Below, one piece after another: positions 50,147-58,562 of a stretch of 64,000 nucleotides of DNA. The stretch lies in NCBI GenBank assembly GCA_965231775.1, contig OZ246888.1, forward strand, positions 338,853-402,852, given 5' to 3'. Position 1 is the stretch's first letter. The number at the start of each line of letters is the position of its first letter. The position numbers were made by a program, and so were the translations under genes. The notes under the pieces were generated by a model, which was not told where the DNA came from, made no database searches, and was given only the letters and a program-made list of their open reading frames with translations. The DNA comes from Candidatus Binatia bacterium. Lineage in GTDB: Bacteria; Desulfobacterota; Binatia; Bin18.

Positions 50147-51304
50147 ATGATGCAAGAGATACCAGCGGGAATCATTTCATCGGACGGCCATGTGTGTGAG
50201 CCGGCCAATTGTTATATCGACTATATTGAACCAAAATACCGGGATGTCGCGCCGCGCATCGTGGAACAACCGGACGGCACGGACGCCTTTGTCGTCCACG
50301 GCATGAAGCGGCCGATTCCCCTGGGATTCATTGATGGCGCCGGCTTCACGGTCACGGAGCGCAATAAACGCGCAAAAAAAGCCAAGTTCTCGGATATCCG
50401 TGAGGGAGCCTACGGCGGCCATGCACGGATTCCGTATATGGACCAGGATGGGATTGCGGCTGAAGTCATCTACGCTTCTATTGGGATGGGCCTGTGCATG
50501 CACCGCGACCCCGATTATAAAAACGCCTGCATGTTAGCCTATAACCGTTGGCTGCAAGCCATGTGCGGCGAAGCGCCGAACCGCATCCTGGGTCTGGCCC
50601 AGACGGCGGTCTTGAGCGTGGACAGTGCGATTGAGGATTTCCGGCGCGCCAAGGACATGGGTATGGTCGGCATGATGATGCCCGGTCGGCCCATCTACGA
50701 AGACTATGATCACGCCGACTACGACGCCCTGTGGGAGTGCGCAACGGACCTCGGTCTGCCGATCTGTTTTCATATTCTGACCTCGCGCGACGGCAGCCTG
50801 AACATGCCGCACCGCGGCCATGAGATGAATAATTTTCTGGGCATTATCCGGGCCGTCCAGGATGTTGTCGGCCTCCTGGTCCTGGGTGGCGTCTTCGAGC
50901 GTCATCCGCAATTGAAACTGGTGTGTGCCGAGGGCGACGCCGGCTGGATGCCGCACTATATGTACCGCATGGACCACGCCGCCAAAATTAACGCCGAGGG
51001 CGGAATCATGGACGGCCTGTCACAACTGCCCAGCGCATATATCAAACGCAACGTATGGATGACGTTCCAGGACGACCCGACGGCGTTTCATGCGGTCGAT
51101 ATCATGCCGCACCAGCAACTGCTGTGGGCCAGCGATTTTCCGCATACGGATTCCACCTGGCCGCGCTCCCAGCAATTACTGGCCGACCACGCGGCCCATA
51201 TCACCGAAGAGCAACGCCAGGACATCATGCGCGAGAATGCCGCCAAGCTGTTTAATCTGCCGGCGGGAAAGAAGTCGTGGCGGATGCATGAGGCCCCTGT
51301 GTAG
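50147..51304 (+). CDS. amidohydrolase-2 family protein
   Basis: Paralog of 18880-20004 (ASDFPH motif). Confidence 0.75.
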   Translation: MMQEIPAGIISSDGHVCEPANCYIDYIEPKYRDVAPRIVEQPDGTDAFVVHGMKRPIPLGFIDGAGFTVTERNKRAKKAKFSDIREGAYGGHARIPYMDQDGIAAEVIYASIGMGLCMHRDPDYKNACMLAYNRWLQAMCGEAPNRILGLAQTAVLSVDSAIEDFRRAKDMGMVGMMMPGRPIYEDYDHADYDALWECATDLGLPICFHILTSRDGSLNMPHRGHEMNNFLGIIRAVQDVVGLLVLGGVFERHPQLKLVCAEGDAGWMPHYMYRMDHAAKINAEGGIMDGLSQLPSAYIKRNVWMTFQDDPTAFHAVDIMPHQQLLWASDFPHTDSTWPRSQQLLADHAAHITEEQRQDIMRENAAKLFNLPAGKKSWRMHEAPV

Positions 51305-51308
51305 GGAA

Positions 51309-51345
51309 ACCCTCACCCTGGCCCTCTCCCAGAGGGAGAAGGGAA
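51309..51345. repeat. partial copy of the GC-rich inverted-repeat element found complete at 57037-57132
   Basis: ccctcaccctggccctctcccagagggagaaggg contains the hairpin ccctctccc-aga-gggagaaggg. The first ~37 nt are near-identical to 57040-57076. The second hairpin and the closing outer stem are lacking. Confidence 0.6.
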
Positions 51346-51352
51346 ATGCACT

Positions 51353-51514
51353 TTACGAACTCGGCTGCATGCCAAGGTCCTTTAACGGCGTGCGGTCCAC
51401 GATCGGCAGGCGGCGTGTCCTCGGCGTGAGTTTGACCGAGCCCGGTACGCGGCTGAACTGATCGACCAGGTCGATTTCCTTGGCGTATGTTGCGGGGCTG
51501 GTGAAGTTGCTCAT
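51353..51514 (-). pseudogene. 3' fragment (~50 codons) of an LLM monooxygenase; copy of the 3' end of 57139-58479
   Basis: Minus-strand translation ...YAKEIDLVDQFSRVPGSVKLTPRTRRLPIVDRTPLKDLGMQPSS* aligns with YAKEIELVDQFTRVPGSVKLTPGTRRLPIVDRTPLKDLGLQPKA*. High nucleotide identity over ~150 nt. No N-terminal body. Confidence 0.7.
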
Positions 51515-51573
51515 TGGGTCATCTTAGTATTACGTCTGATGGGTTTATCAATGATTACCCGTCCTCTAATACT

Positions 51574-52206
51574 CTACTTTGAGCGCTCCCATATCCTGCC
51601 GAAATACTCTAAGGTTCTATCGCCGAAGAATAAGAGTGTGATGACAAGGATACCAAAACAGGCACTTGCCCATAACGGCGCGCAAAGCCACTCTGCCCTC
51701 ACAAGGACAAGAAGCGTCCCGAAGACCAAAAACAAAGCGATCGCGGTGAATCCGCTACGCTGGCATCGATTGAGCCAGAAAAGCTTCTCTGTGTTCGGCT
51801 GAACCGCTTGACGACATTCCCACAGTATAGCCGTGATTTCTTCCCGCAGTGCATCTTCATGTGATAGCTCCTGGAAATCATACACGGTTTCCAGCGCCAC
51901 CCGATATGGTTTCCTGACACTCAATACTTTGATCGCATAGAACAACCCTTTTCCTAGGAAAAGGACGCTGGCTAGAAAAGCAACCAGAAGAAGCCACCTG
52001 CTATCCCCGGCGATCTTTACGAGGGATTCAATTCTCGGAACGATGAGGCTAGCAAGGACGCCGAGTATTGCTAGCATCGCCGTGGCGCGGGTCTCAGCAG
52101 CTTTACCACGTTCTACCTCTTGTACCGCACGCTGTTTGACGAATGTGAGTGACTGCTCCAAAACTTTGACATCGTTTGACGTGATACAGTTCCGTATATC
52201 AAGCAT
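51574..52206 (-). CDS. 4-TM membrane protein (last gene of the ATP-grasp operon)
   Basis: Four hydrophobic segments with a ~60-aa soluble insert. Its ATG overlaps the ATP-grasp stop (ATGCTTGA). Low-GC sequence. Confidence 0.5.
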   Translation of the reverse strand: MLDIRNCITSNDVKVLEQSLTFVKQRAVQEVERGKAAETRATAMLAILGVLASLIVPRIESLVKIAGDSRWLLLVAFLASVLFLGKGLFYAIKVLSVRKPYRVALETVYDFQELSHEDALREEITAILWECRQAVQPNTEKLFWLNRCQRSGFTAIALFLVFGTLLVLVRAEWLCAPLWASACFGILVITLLFFGDRTLEYFGRIWERSK

Positions 52207-53182
52207 GAATCTCTTCCCGCACATTGAGACAGTCAATAATCGCGTCTCTGATCGGATACCCAACCTTTCGCTCTATCCACGCCCACTGCCCATTCGGATT
52301 CAATTCGAGAAAGTAGAATTCATTGTCAGTGCCCTTCACGAGGTCAATTGCTGAGTACTTTAAGCCAAAGTGACGCGTAATAGCGCGACACCTACACGCT
52401 ATCGGGTTCGGCAACTGGATCGCCTCGTGCTTCAGGTCAAACGCATTAACATCCCACAAACGCCAGTCAACTTCAGTTTCAGAGTAATCCTGCGAATGGA
52501 TCGCAGTGGCAAAAACCTGATCCCCGACAACCGTCACCCTGATATCAAACAGCTTTGGAATTTCTCGCTGGTAGATCATCGGTACTGGCGCATACTTATC
52601 GAAGTCGCTCAGAAATTGCTGATCGACTCTTTTCGTAGGTGCTACGGTTACGATATTCTCCCCCCGAGTAAATCCGTGCTTCACGGCCTTACAGACAACG
52701 CGTCCACCATGCATTCTATGAAAGGCACGCACCCGTGCCCCTGTCATGGTTACGCAAGTCTCAGGGATCAAGTAACCGAGGCCACGGGCTACTGAAAGCT
52801 GCTCTATTTTGTTGGAAGCTAACCACAGATCGCGCGGATGATTTAGCCATATATCCCGATCAATCAGCCGCCAAAGGCTCCTGAGAGCTTCCTTCAACTC
52901 TCGATGTACGAAGGGGCGGTCAGCGCATGCTACAGTGTCTGGAACACTTGGCGAAATCGGCTGCCGGAAATAAACTGCTGAAACTGACGAATTCGAGATT
53001 GTCTGGCCGTCCGCCTTGGTGAGACGAAAATCAGACGAAGATGCGCTGAGCTCAACCTCCAGATCAAAACGGATACCAAAATCCTCAGTATTCAGTCGCG
53101 TAAAGGGAATGCCACGTTCTTTGAGACGTAAGATAAGGTAATCGCACGCTAGGTCCGTTTTATTGGTGACAATTAGTAACAT
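52199..53182 (-). CDS. MvdD-family ATP-grasp ribosomal peptide maturase (graspetide ligase)
   Basis: MLLIVTNKTDLACDYLILRLKERGIPFTRLNTEDF, DIRVTVVGDQVFATAIHSQDY..VDWR and YSAIDLVKGTDNEFYFLELNPNGQWAWIE align along their length with microviridin ligase MvdD (recollected). Confidence 0.7.
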   Translation of the reverse strand: MLLIVTNKTDLACDYLILRLKERGIPFTRLNTEDFGIRFDLEVELSASSSDFRLTKADGQTISNSSVSAVYFRQPISPSVPDTVACADRPFVHRELKEALRSLWRLIDRDIWLNHPRDLWLASNKIEQLSVARGLGYLIPETCVTMTGARVRAFHRMHGGRVVCKAVKHGFTRGENIVTVAPTKRVDQQFLSDFDKYAPVPMIYQREIPKLFDIRVTVVGDQVFATAIHSQDYSETEVDWRLWDVNAFDLKHEAIQLPNPIACRCRAITRHFGLKYSAIDLVKGTDNEFYFLELNPNGQWAWIERKVGYPIRDAIIDCLNVREEIHA

Positions 53183-53412
53183 CCCTCATCCTCGGGATCA
53201 GGATCATCGTCACCGGGGGCTGCGAAAGTCTTAGACTCAGTCCTAATAGAATCCTCTTTAGAAACCAGGGGAGACCTCGTTCCATCCCGGGTTACGATAT
53301 TGATCTGTTGGTCTTCATCATAGTGAACGACTACATCTTCCAACTCGTACTGTTTTGCAGTCACAAGAAGGTACGCACGTTTTCCAGTCACTAGACCCCT
53401 CCTATCCTCCAT
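53173..53412 (-). CDS. small acidic protein; candidate graspetide precursor peptide
   Basis: 79 aa. Its stop overlaps the ATP-grasp start by 10 nt. The C-terminal region TRDGTRSPLVSKEDSIRTESKTFAAPGDDDPDPEDEGCY is rich in Thr/Ser/Lys donors and Asp/Glu acceptors. Confidence 0.4.
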   Translation of the reverse strand: MEDRRGLVTGKRAYLLVTAKQYELEDVVVHYDEDQQINIVTRDGTRSPLVSKEDSIRTESKTFAAPGDDDPDPEDEGCY

Positions 53413-53496
53413 GGACGTTATCTTCTGGCATGTCCCGAATGGCTCCCTTAAACGGACTCCAATAATAGCCGAAGGGGAGACTTGAAGAATATTCCT

Positions 53497-56334
53497 TCAG
53501 CGACGTTCCGACAAGTTAAGCATCAGTAACTCCCGAAGAACCTCGTCATCGCTCACATCCGCGTTCCAGCCGTAAGCTGCCGCCACGGCGGCATCAAGGG
53601 CAGTGTGTGCATCAGTCAACCATTGCGGGCGGGTGTTGTAGAGATTGGTCAGGGTGCGTTTCTTGAGTGCTTTCGCTACGTCCTCGTTGCGGGGAACCGG
53701 GCGTTTGGGATAGCCGGGGACCGGCTCGTCTACCCACTCCACCCATTCCGGCGGGTTGAGCCAATTATCACGCAACTCGACCTGCCGCCGGGCGGCCTCA
53801 GCAATGGCAATGGCGCGGGGGTCCTTGGCGTAATCGGATGCGGGGATATCGGGCGACAGTCCATCTGGAAACGGGAACGTCTCAAATGTTGTGGTCGGCG
53901 TGTAGCGCGGGCGGTCTTCCAAGGTGGTGCCGAGCCGGAGCGACCATATTTCATGAAACCGACTATGCAAAATGCCGAAGGTCGTGTCATCGTCGCGGGC
54001 GACGACAACCAACAGATTCTCGGGGTAGATTGCCGGATCGCGCCAGACAAACAATCGGTATTTTGCTGTCATCGACGTTGCGATGTAGCGGGAAACGGTT
54101 TTAATTTTCCTGAACATGGCCTGTCCAGAACGGTCATGCCGCCACCAGTTTTTCCGCAAATCAGTGCGCCGATTGAGGTCCCTTTCGGGCTTTACATGCT
54201 TTTGAACATAGGCGAACGGCGCTTCGTAAAGTGCCGCGTCGGCTTCGCTCATTTCGTGCCCGAAGTCGATGACCCATTTGTCGGCTGGCCGCCGGGTAAC
54301 ATCCATACCGTTGATCCACGGCTTGAGAACATCCGCGTTGGGTCTGCCGTTCGGGTTCGTGGGCAGACAGAGCCATTCACGAGCCAGATCGCCCGGAATG
54401 TCGAAACTTCCCCTTTTGTATCCTCCCCGGAAAGCCGTCTGTCTATTTCGTTCTTGCTCTCGGGCTTCCGTAAGATCGACAATTCCGCCCGTCAGGTCAG
54501 CGTTGATTTGCGGAGCGGCGTTCCCATTGAGGCGAACGGGCAGCTTGGCCGCTTTGTCGGTAAAGCAAACCAGAGACACGCGGACAGCGGCGCCATCAAT
54601 CACCCATGGCTCATCCGACCAAGCATCGTAAATCGTCGAATGCCCAACAATCCGGCTCAGCACGGTGCGATTCTTTCCGTCGCGGATCGAATTCGTCGCG
54701 ACCAAACCAGCGCGGGCGAGCTTGCGATCGGCTACCAGACGAGTAGCCTTGTCGAACCAGTAGCAAACGAGATCGGCGAAGGCTGGTACCAATCCCTTTC
54801 GGGATCGATAAAGGTTTTCCGTATAGGCGTCGCCAAGCACTTGGCGCATCCTCTTGTTCCCCAAAAACGGTGGATTGCCGATCACGACATCGGCCTTGGG
54901 CCAGTCGGATTCACTACCCTCTGGCGTCAGGATGGCGTCCCGGCATTCGATGGTGTCAAGCGGTTTGAGAATCGGGTCGCGAGATTCGTTGAATCCGTTG
55001 CGCCGCATCCATTGGATTTCGCCAATCCACACCGACACACGGGCTAACTCCGCAGCGTAGGCGTTAATCTCGATGCCCTTGACGTTGGCCGGGCCGATAG
55101 CAGGGAATTCTCTCTCTAAGCCCAGCGCTTCGGCCTCCAACTGTACACGATGCTCCAAGTCCTTGAGGGCATGCAGCGCCAGATAAAGGAAGTTGCCCGA
55201 GCCGCAGGCCGGGTCAAGCACGGTGAAGCTCCGCAGCCGGTGGAGAAACGCGCTCAACAGGCGCTCGGCTTCGGCCTGTCGGCGCGTGCGCGTGGCCGTG
55301 GATTTGGCGGTCTCCGCTTTTTCCAGGACAGCAGCGATCTCGGCCTTGGCCGTCTCCCACTCGGTCAACCAGGGGCGAATGATTACCGGCGCGACAATCA
55401 GCATGATCTTGTCGCGGTCGGTGTAATGCGCGCCCAGTTGCGAGCGCTTGTCAGGGTCAAGCCCGCGCTCGAACAGCGTACCGAGAATTGAGGGATCAAT
55501 CTCCGACCAGTCGAGGGCCGCAGCCGCGAGTACGGTATCAATGTCGGTTTTCTCCAGTGGTAGGGTCGTATCGTCGTTAAACAACCCACCGTTGAACCAC
55601 GCCACCGGCTCAAAGCCGACCAGGCCGCCTCTGGCCATCGCCCCGAACAGGGCACGGGCCATCGTGGCGAACTCTTCAGGCCGCTTGTGGGCCTCCTCCA
55701 GCATCCGCGTGAACATGTTGTTCGGCAGCAGGCCCACGTCTTCGGCGAACATGCAGAACACAAGCCGGTTCACGAAATGCGCTACAACGTGACTCTCGTG
55801 GCGGCGTTCCCGTAATGCCTGCGCCAGGGTGGCAAAAGTGGTGGCTGCGCGTTCGGTGACGGTTTGGCGCGTTTCGCCGGGCCGGAGCCGTTCGGGCTCG
55901 GCCATCGCCCATTTTAAGATATTGCGCGTGGCTGCGTCCGCGAGATCGTCCAGCGTAAACTCGTGGGTCTCGCTGACGCTGTTGGTCCAGTTGGTGCGGA
56001 TACGGAACCGCGCCATGTCCGAGACGATCAACAGTGGCGGATTCTCCAGTGCCAGGGCGTACTGCCGTAACTGATTGAAGGCCGCGTCCAGATTCTTGTG
56101 TTTGCCCTTGTACTCCCAGGCAAAGTGATATCGCTTCCACACATCGGCCCAGCCCTTGCCGCCGGTGTCTTTACGCGCGCCACGCTCGAAGCAGTAATGG
56201 TCGCCGGTGGGGTCGGCTTGGGCCGGCGTGGATTCACCGAGCAGACGACACAGGTCAATGAAATGCTCTTGCGACGCCGAACGCTCTTTTAGCTCCGAGG
56301 CGCGCCACTTGGTAATGAATTCGCTTGGCGTCAT
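53497..56334 (-). CDS. MmeI-like type IIL restriction-modification enzyme (single-chain endonuclease + gamma-class N6-adenine methyltransferase + TRD)
   Basis: The N-terminus aligns with the MmeI nuclease domain (D...EYK in DTGGKGWADVWKRYHFAWEYKGK, then PPLLIVSDMARFRIRTNW). Motif I is VLDPACGSGNFL. Motif IV is VVIGNPPF. The 945-aa length matches the family. Confidence 0.7.
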   Translation of the reverse strand: MTPSEFITKWRASELKERSASQEHFIDLCRLLGESTPAQADPTGDHYCFERGARKDTGGKGWADVWKRYHFAWEYKGKHKNLDAAFNQLRQYALALENPPLLIVSDMARFRIRTNWTNSVSETHEFTLDDLADAATRNILKWAMAEPERLRPGETRQTVTERAATTFATLAQALRERRHESHVVAHFVNRLVFCMFAEDVGLLPNNMFTRMLEEAHKRPEEFATMARALFGAMARGGLVGFEPVAWFNGGLFNDDTTLPLEKTDIDTVLAAAALDWSEIDPSILGTLFERGLDPDKRSQLGAHYTDRDKIMLIVAPVIIRPWLTEWETAKAEIAAVLEKAETAKSTATRTRRQAEAERLLSAFLHRLRSFTVLDPACGSGNFLYLALHALKDLEHRVQLEAEALGLEREFPAIGPANVKGIEINAYAAELARVSVWIGEIQWMRRNGFNESRDPILKPLDTIECRDAILTPEGSESDWPKADVVIGNPPFLGNKRMRQVLGDAYTENLYRSRKGLVPAFADLVCYWFDKATRLVADRKLARAGLVATNSIRDGKNRTVLSRIVGHSTIYDAWSDEPWVIDGAAVRVSLVCFTDKAAKLPVRLNGNAAPQINADLTGGIVDLTEAREQERNRQTAFRGGYKRGSFDIPGDLAREWLCLPTNPNGRPNADVLKPWINGMDVTRRPADKWVIDFGHEMSEADAALYEAPFAYVQKHVKPERDLNRRTDLRKNWWRHDRSGQAMFRKIKTVSRYIATSMTAKYRLFVWRDPAIYPENLLVVVARDDDTTFGILHSRFHEIWSLRLGTTLEDRPRYTPTTTFETFPFPDGLSPDIPASDYAKDPRAIAIAEAARRQVELRDNWLNPPEWVEWVDEPVPGYPKRPVPRNEDVAKALKKRTLTNLYNTRPQWLTDAHTALDAAVAAAYGWNADVSDDEVLRELLMLNLSERR

Positions 56335-56455
56335 GGCGTTATTATTTTGGAGTGCCTGTGCATGGATGACGTTCCAAGACGATCCAAAATCGTTTCATCT
56401 TTGGAAAAGGGGGAAGAGATGTTGGGGAAGTTAGATTGAGGGGGCTCCGTGTAGT

Positions 56456-56797
56456 TTAGCCACCAAGAATATCATGCAATAATTCTTGGAGAGTCTTTTG
56501 ATCCTGCTCCCCTAAGCGGCCCAGCTTCTTGAGAATAAGCGTTTTTTCGATAGTGGCCAGTACTGGTTTGATGGTAGACGGTTTCAAAAGGCCGGCTGCT
56601 TTCCAGCCCACAATATGGGCCTCCCCCCGTGTGGATGTTGGTCTGGCCTGACTGGTGATTGCAATAATGATGAGGTCAAGGCGACCTCGGTTATAAGCAG
56701 ACGAACTCACTACCGCTGCCGGGCGCTGTTTACTTGTGGTCTGGTCCGTAAAAGGAAAGGGCGCGAGGACGATGTCTCCAAACTCATAGCTGGTCAT
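56456..56797 (-). CDS. MazF/PemK-family toxin
   Basis: MTSYEFGDIVLAPFPFTD...KQRPAAVVSS...DLIIIAITS is the PemK/MazF signature. Start chosen at 56797. Confidence 0.65.
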   Translation of the reverse strand: MTSYEFGDIVLAPFPFTDQTTSKQRPAAVVSSSAYNRGRLDLIIIAITSQARPTSTRGEAHIVGWKAAGLLKPSTIKPVLATIEKTLILKKLGRLGEQDQKTLQELLHDILGG

Positions 56798-56999
56798 AGT
56801 CGGCATCGTCCGGATTATCCCAGACGCGAGCAAAGGCCGACTCGGACAACTTGGTCGCTGCCTGGCTTAGGCGACGGTCGGCGTCACGCTGACAGAGAAA
56901 ATCGACAAAGTCTTCAACCTCGGAGACTTTAGCCGGTGGCAGGAGCCGGATTTTTTCGATCAGCTCCCGGACATGTGTATCATCAGTAGCCATTCTCAC
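56784..56999 (-). CDS. putative antitoxin of the MazF-like toxin
   Basis: 71-aa acidic protein immediately upstream of the toxin and overlapping it. LPPAKVSEVEDFVDFL is the antitoxin-like motif. Confidence 0.5.
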   Translation of the reverse strand: MRMATDDTHVRELIEKIRLLPPAKVSEVEDFVDFLCQRDADRRLSQAATKLSESAFARVWDNPDDADYDQL

Positions 57000-57036
57000 C
57001 TCTGTATTGTGTCGATAGGCTTTTTAATAATACCTC

Positions 57037-57132
57037 AAGGAACCCTCACCCCGGCCCTCTCCCAGCGGGAGAGGGGATAAAAGGTAGGGGCAACCCCCTG
57101 TGGTTGCCCGGTCCCCCGTCGGTGAGGGAAAA
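57037..57132. repeat. structured GC-rich element with nested inverted repeats, 3' of the LLM gene (terminator or REP-like)
   Basis: The outer stem cctcacc...ggtgagg encloses two hairpins: ccctctccc-agc-gggagaggg and gggcaacc-ccctgt-ggttgccc. A partial copy lies at 51309-51345. Confidence 0.6.
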
Positions 57133-57138
57133 CCCAAC

Positions 57139-58479
57139 CTACGCCTTCGGTTGCAGGCCAAGGTCCTTCAAGGGTGTGCGGTCCACGATCGGCAGGCGGC
57201 GTGTCCCCGGCGTGAGTTTGACCGAACCCGGTACGCGGGTGAACTGATCGACCAGCTCGATTTCCTTGGCGTATTCTTTGACCGCAGGAATGACCTCCTG
57301 GCCCATCAGGCGGATGCTGTTCAGCCGGTCTTCGTTGCCGACTGGCCCTTGAACCTGGAAGCAGGCGAACGTCCCTGGCCGCAGCACGCGGATCATGGTC
57401 TTGATCTTTTCAATCACGGTCTTGGGCGAGCCGACGATCATCAGGTAGTCGTCCTGGGCGCGCTTATACGACTTCTCCAGCTTACGACGGACCTCACCCA
57501 GGTCCGTACTCCTCTTTTTCCGGCCCTGCTGGGCCTCCTTGAGCCGGTCCGAATCAACCCCGACCCAGCCGCCGCTCGGACGCTGGGCCAGCAGGCGAAT
57601 GGCGTTTTTGGAATTATAGCCCGGCGGTAAGGTGTGTTCCGGTCTGGAGAAGGAACTCGCTCCACCGCCCCACACAAACCCTTTGCCCAGCTCCTGAGCC
57701 TTTTCATCCGTGTCCGCGCAGAACACCCCAATCAAATAGGCAAAATTTTCCGTGCCGGCCTGATAGCCGTTTTCGGCCGCGGTATCGGCGTAATAGTCCA
57801 GCAGGTCGCAGGTTGGACTCAGGGCGGTCACCAGGGCCAGATAGGGATAGTTATGCTGGGCCGCCCAGTGCACCGTCTCGGGGCTCAACACGCCGGGAAT
57901 CCACATTTGCGGATGCGGCTTCTGGTAGGGTAGCGCCCACGGATTGACATGGCGGTAGTGAAAATGCTTGCCCTCGTAGCGCCACGGGCCGGGCTTGGTC
58001 CACGCCTGGATAATGAAGTCGTGGGCTTCGTTGAACATCTCGCGGTTATAGGCCGGGTTGGCATTATTGAAGAACTGCTCGCTGCCCGCCCCGCGCACCC
58101 AGCCGGTGACGAGACGCCCGCGTGAGATCAGATCGATCTCGGCCAGCTCTTCGGCCATGCGCAGCGGATGCTTCAGCACCGGCAACGGATTGCCGATCAG
58201 GACGATCTTGGCCTTGCTGGTAATACGCGCCAGGATGGCGGCTTCGACATTCATGACGCTGCCCATACAGAAGGGGTTGCCGTGGTGCTCGTTCAGCATG
58301 AGCGCATCAAAACCGACCTCTTCGGCATAGCAATATTCATCTAGAAAAAAGTTATAATCGTCGGCCGCCTTTTCGCGGTCAAAGCGCGCGTTGGGCAGGG
58401 CAAAGAAACCCCGGTGTTCAAGCACTTCGTCTTCGTCGACCCAGCGATACGGTCGCTCAGTAAAATAGCCAAATAGCAT
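57139..58479 (-). CDS. LLM-class flavin-dependent oxidoreductase
   Basis: Paralog of 12356-13705 (NEHHGNPFC, LISRGRLVTGWVRGAGSEQ). Confidence 0.8.
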   Translation of the reverse strand: MLFGYFTERPYRWVDEDEVLEHRGFFALPNARFDREKAADDYNFFLDEYCYAEEVGFDALMLNEHHGNPFCMGSVMNVEAAILARITSKAKIVLIGNPLPVLKHPLRMAEELAEIDLISRGRLVTGWVRGAGSEQFFNNANPAYNREMFNEAHDFIIQAWTKPGPWRYEGKHFHYRHVNPWALPYQKPHPQMWIPGVLSPETVHWAAQHNYPYLALVTALSPTCDLLDYYADTAAENGYQAGTENFAYLIGVFCADTDEKAQELGKGFVWGGGASSFSRPEHTLPPGYNSKNAIRLLAQRPSGGWVGVDSDRLKEAQQGRKKRSTDLGEVRRKLEKSYKRAQDDYLMIVGSPKTVIEKIKTMIRVLRPGTFACFQVQGPVGNEDRLNSIRLMGQEVIPAVKEYAKEIELVDQFTRVPGSVKLTPGTRRLPIVDRTPLKDLGLQPKA

Positions 58480-58562
58480 ATCCGTCTCTCCTTTTTGTCA
58501 GTGTCCTGAAATGAGTAAACGTGCCAACATCTGCCTATCTATTCTATTAAGCGCGCGTTGAC

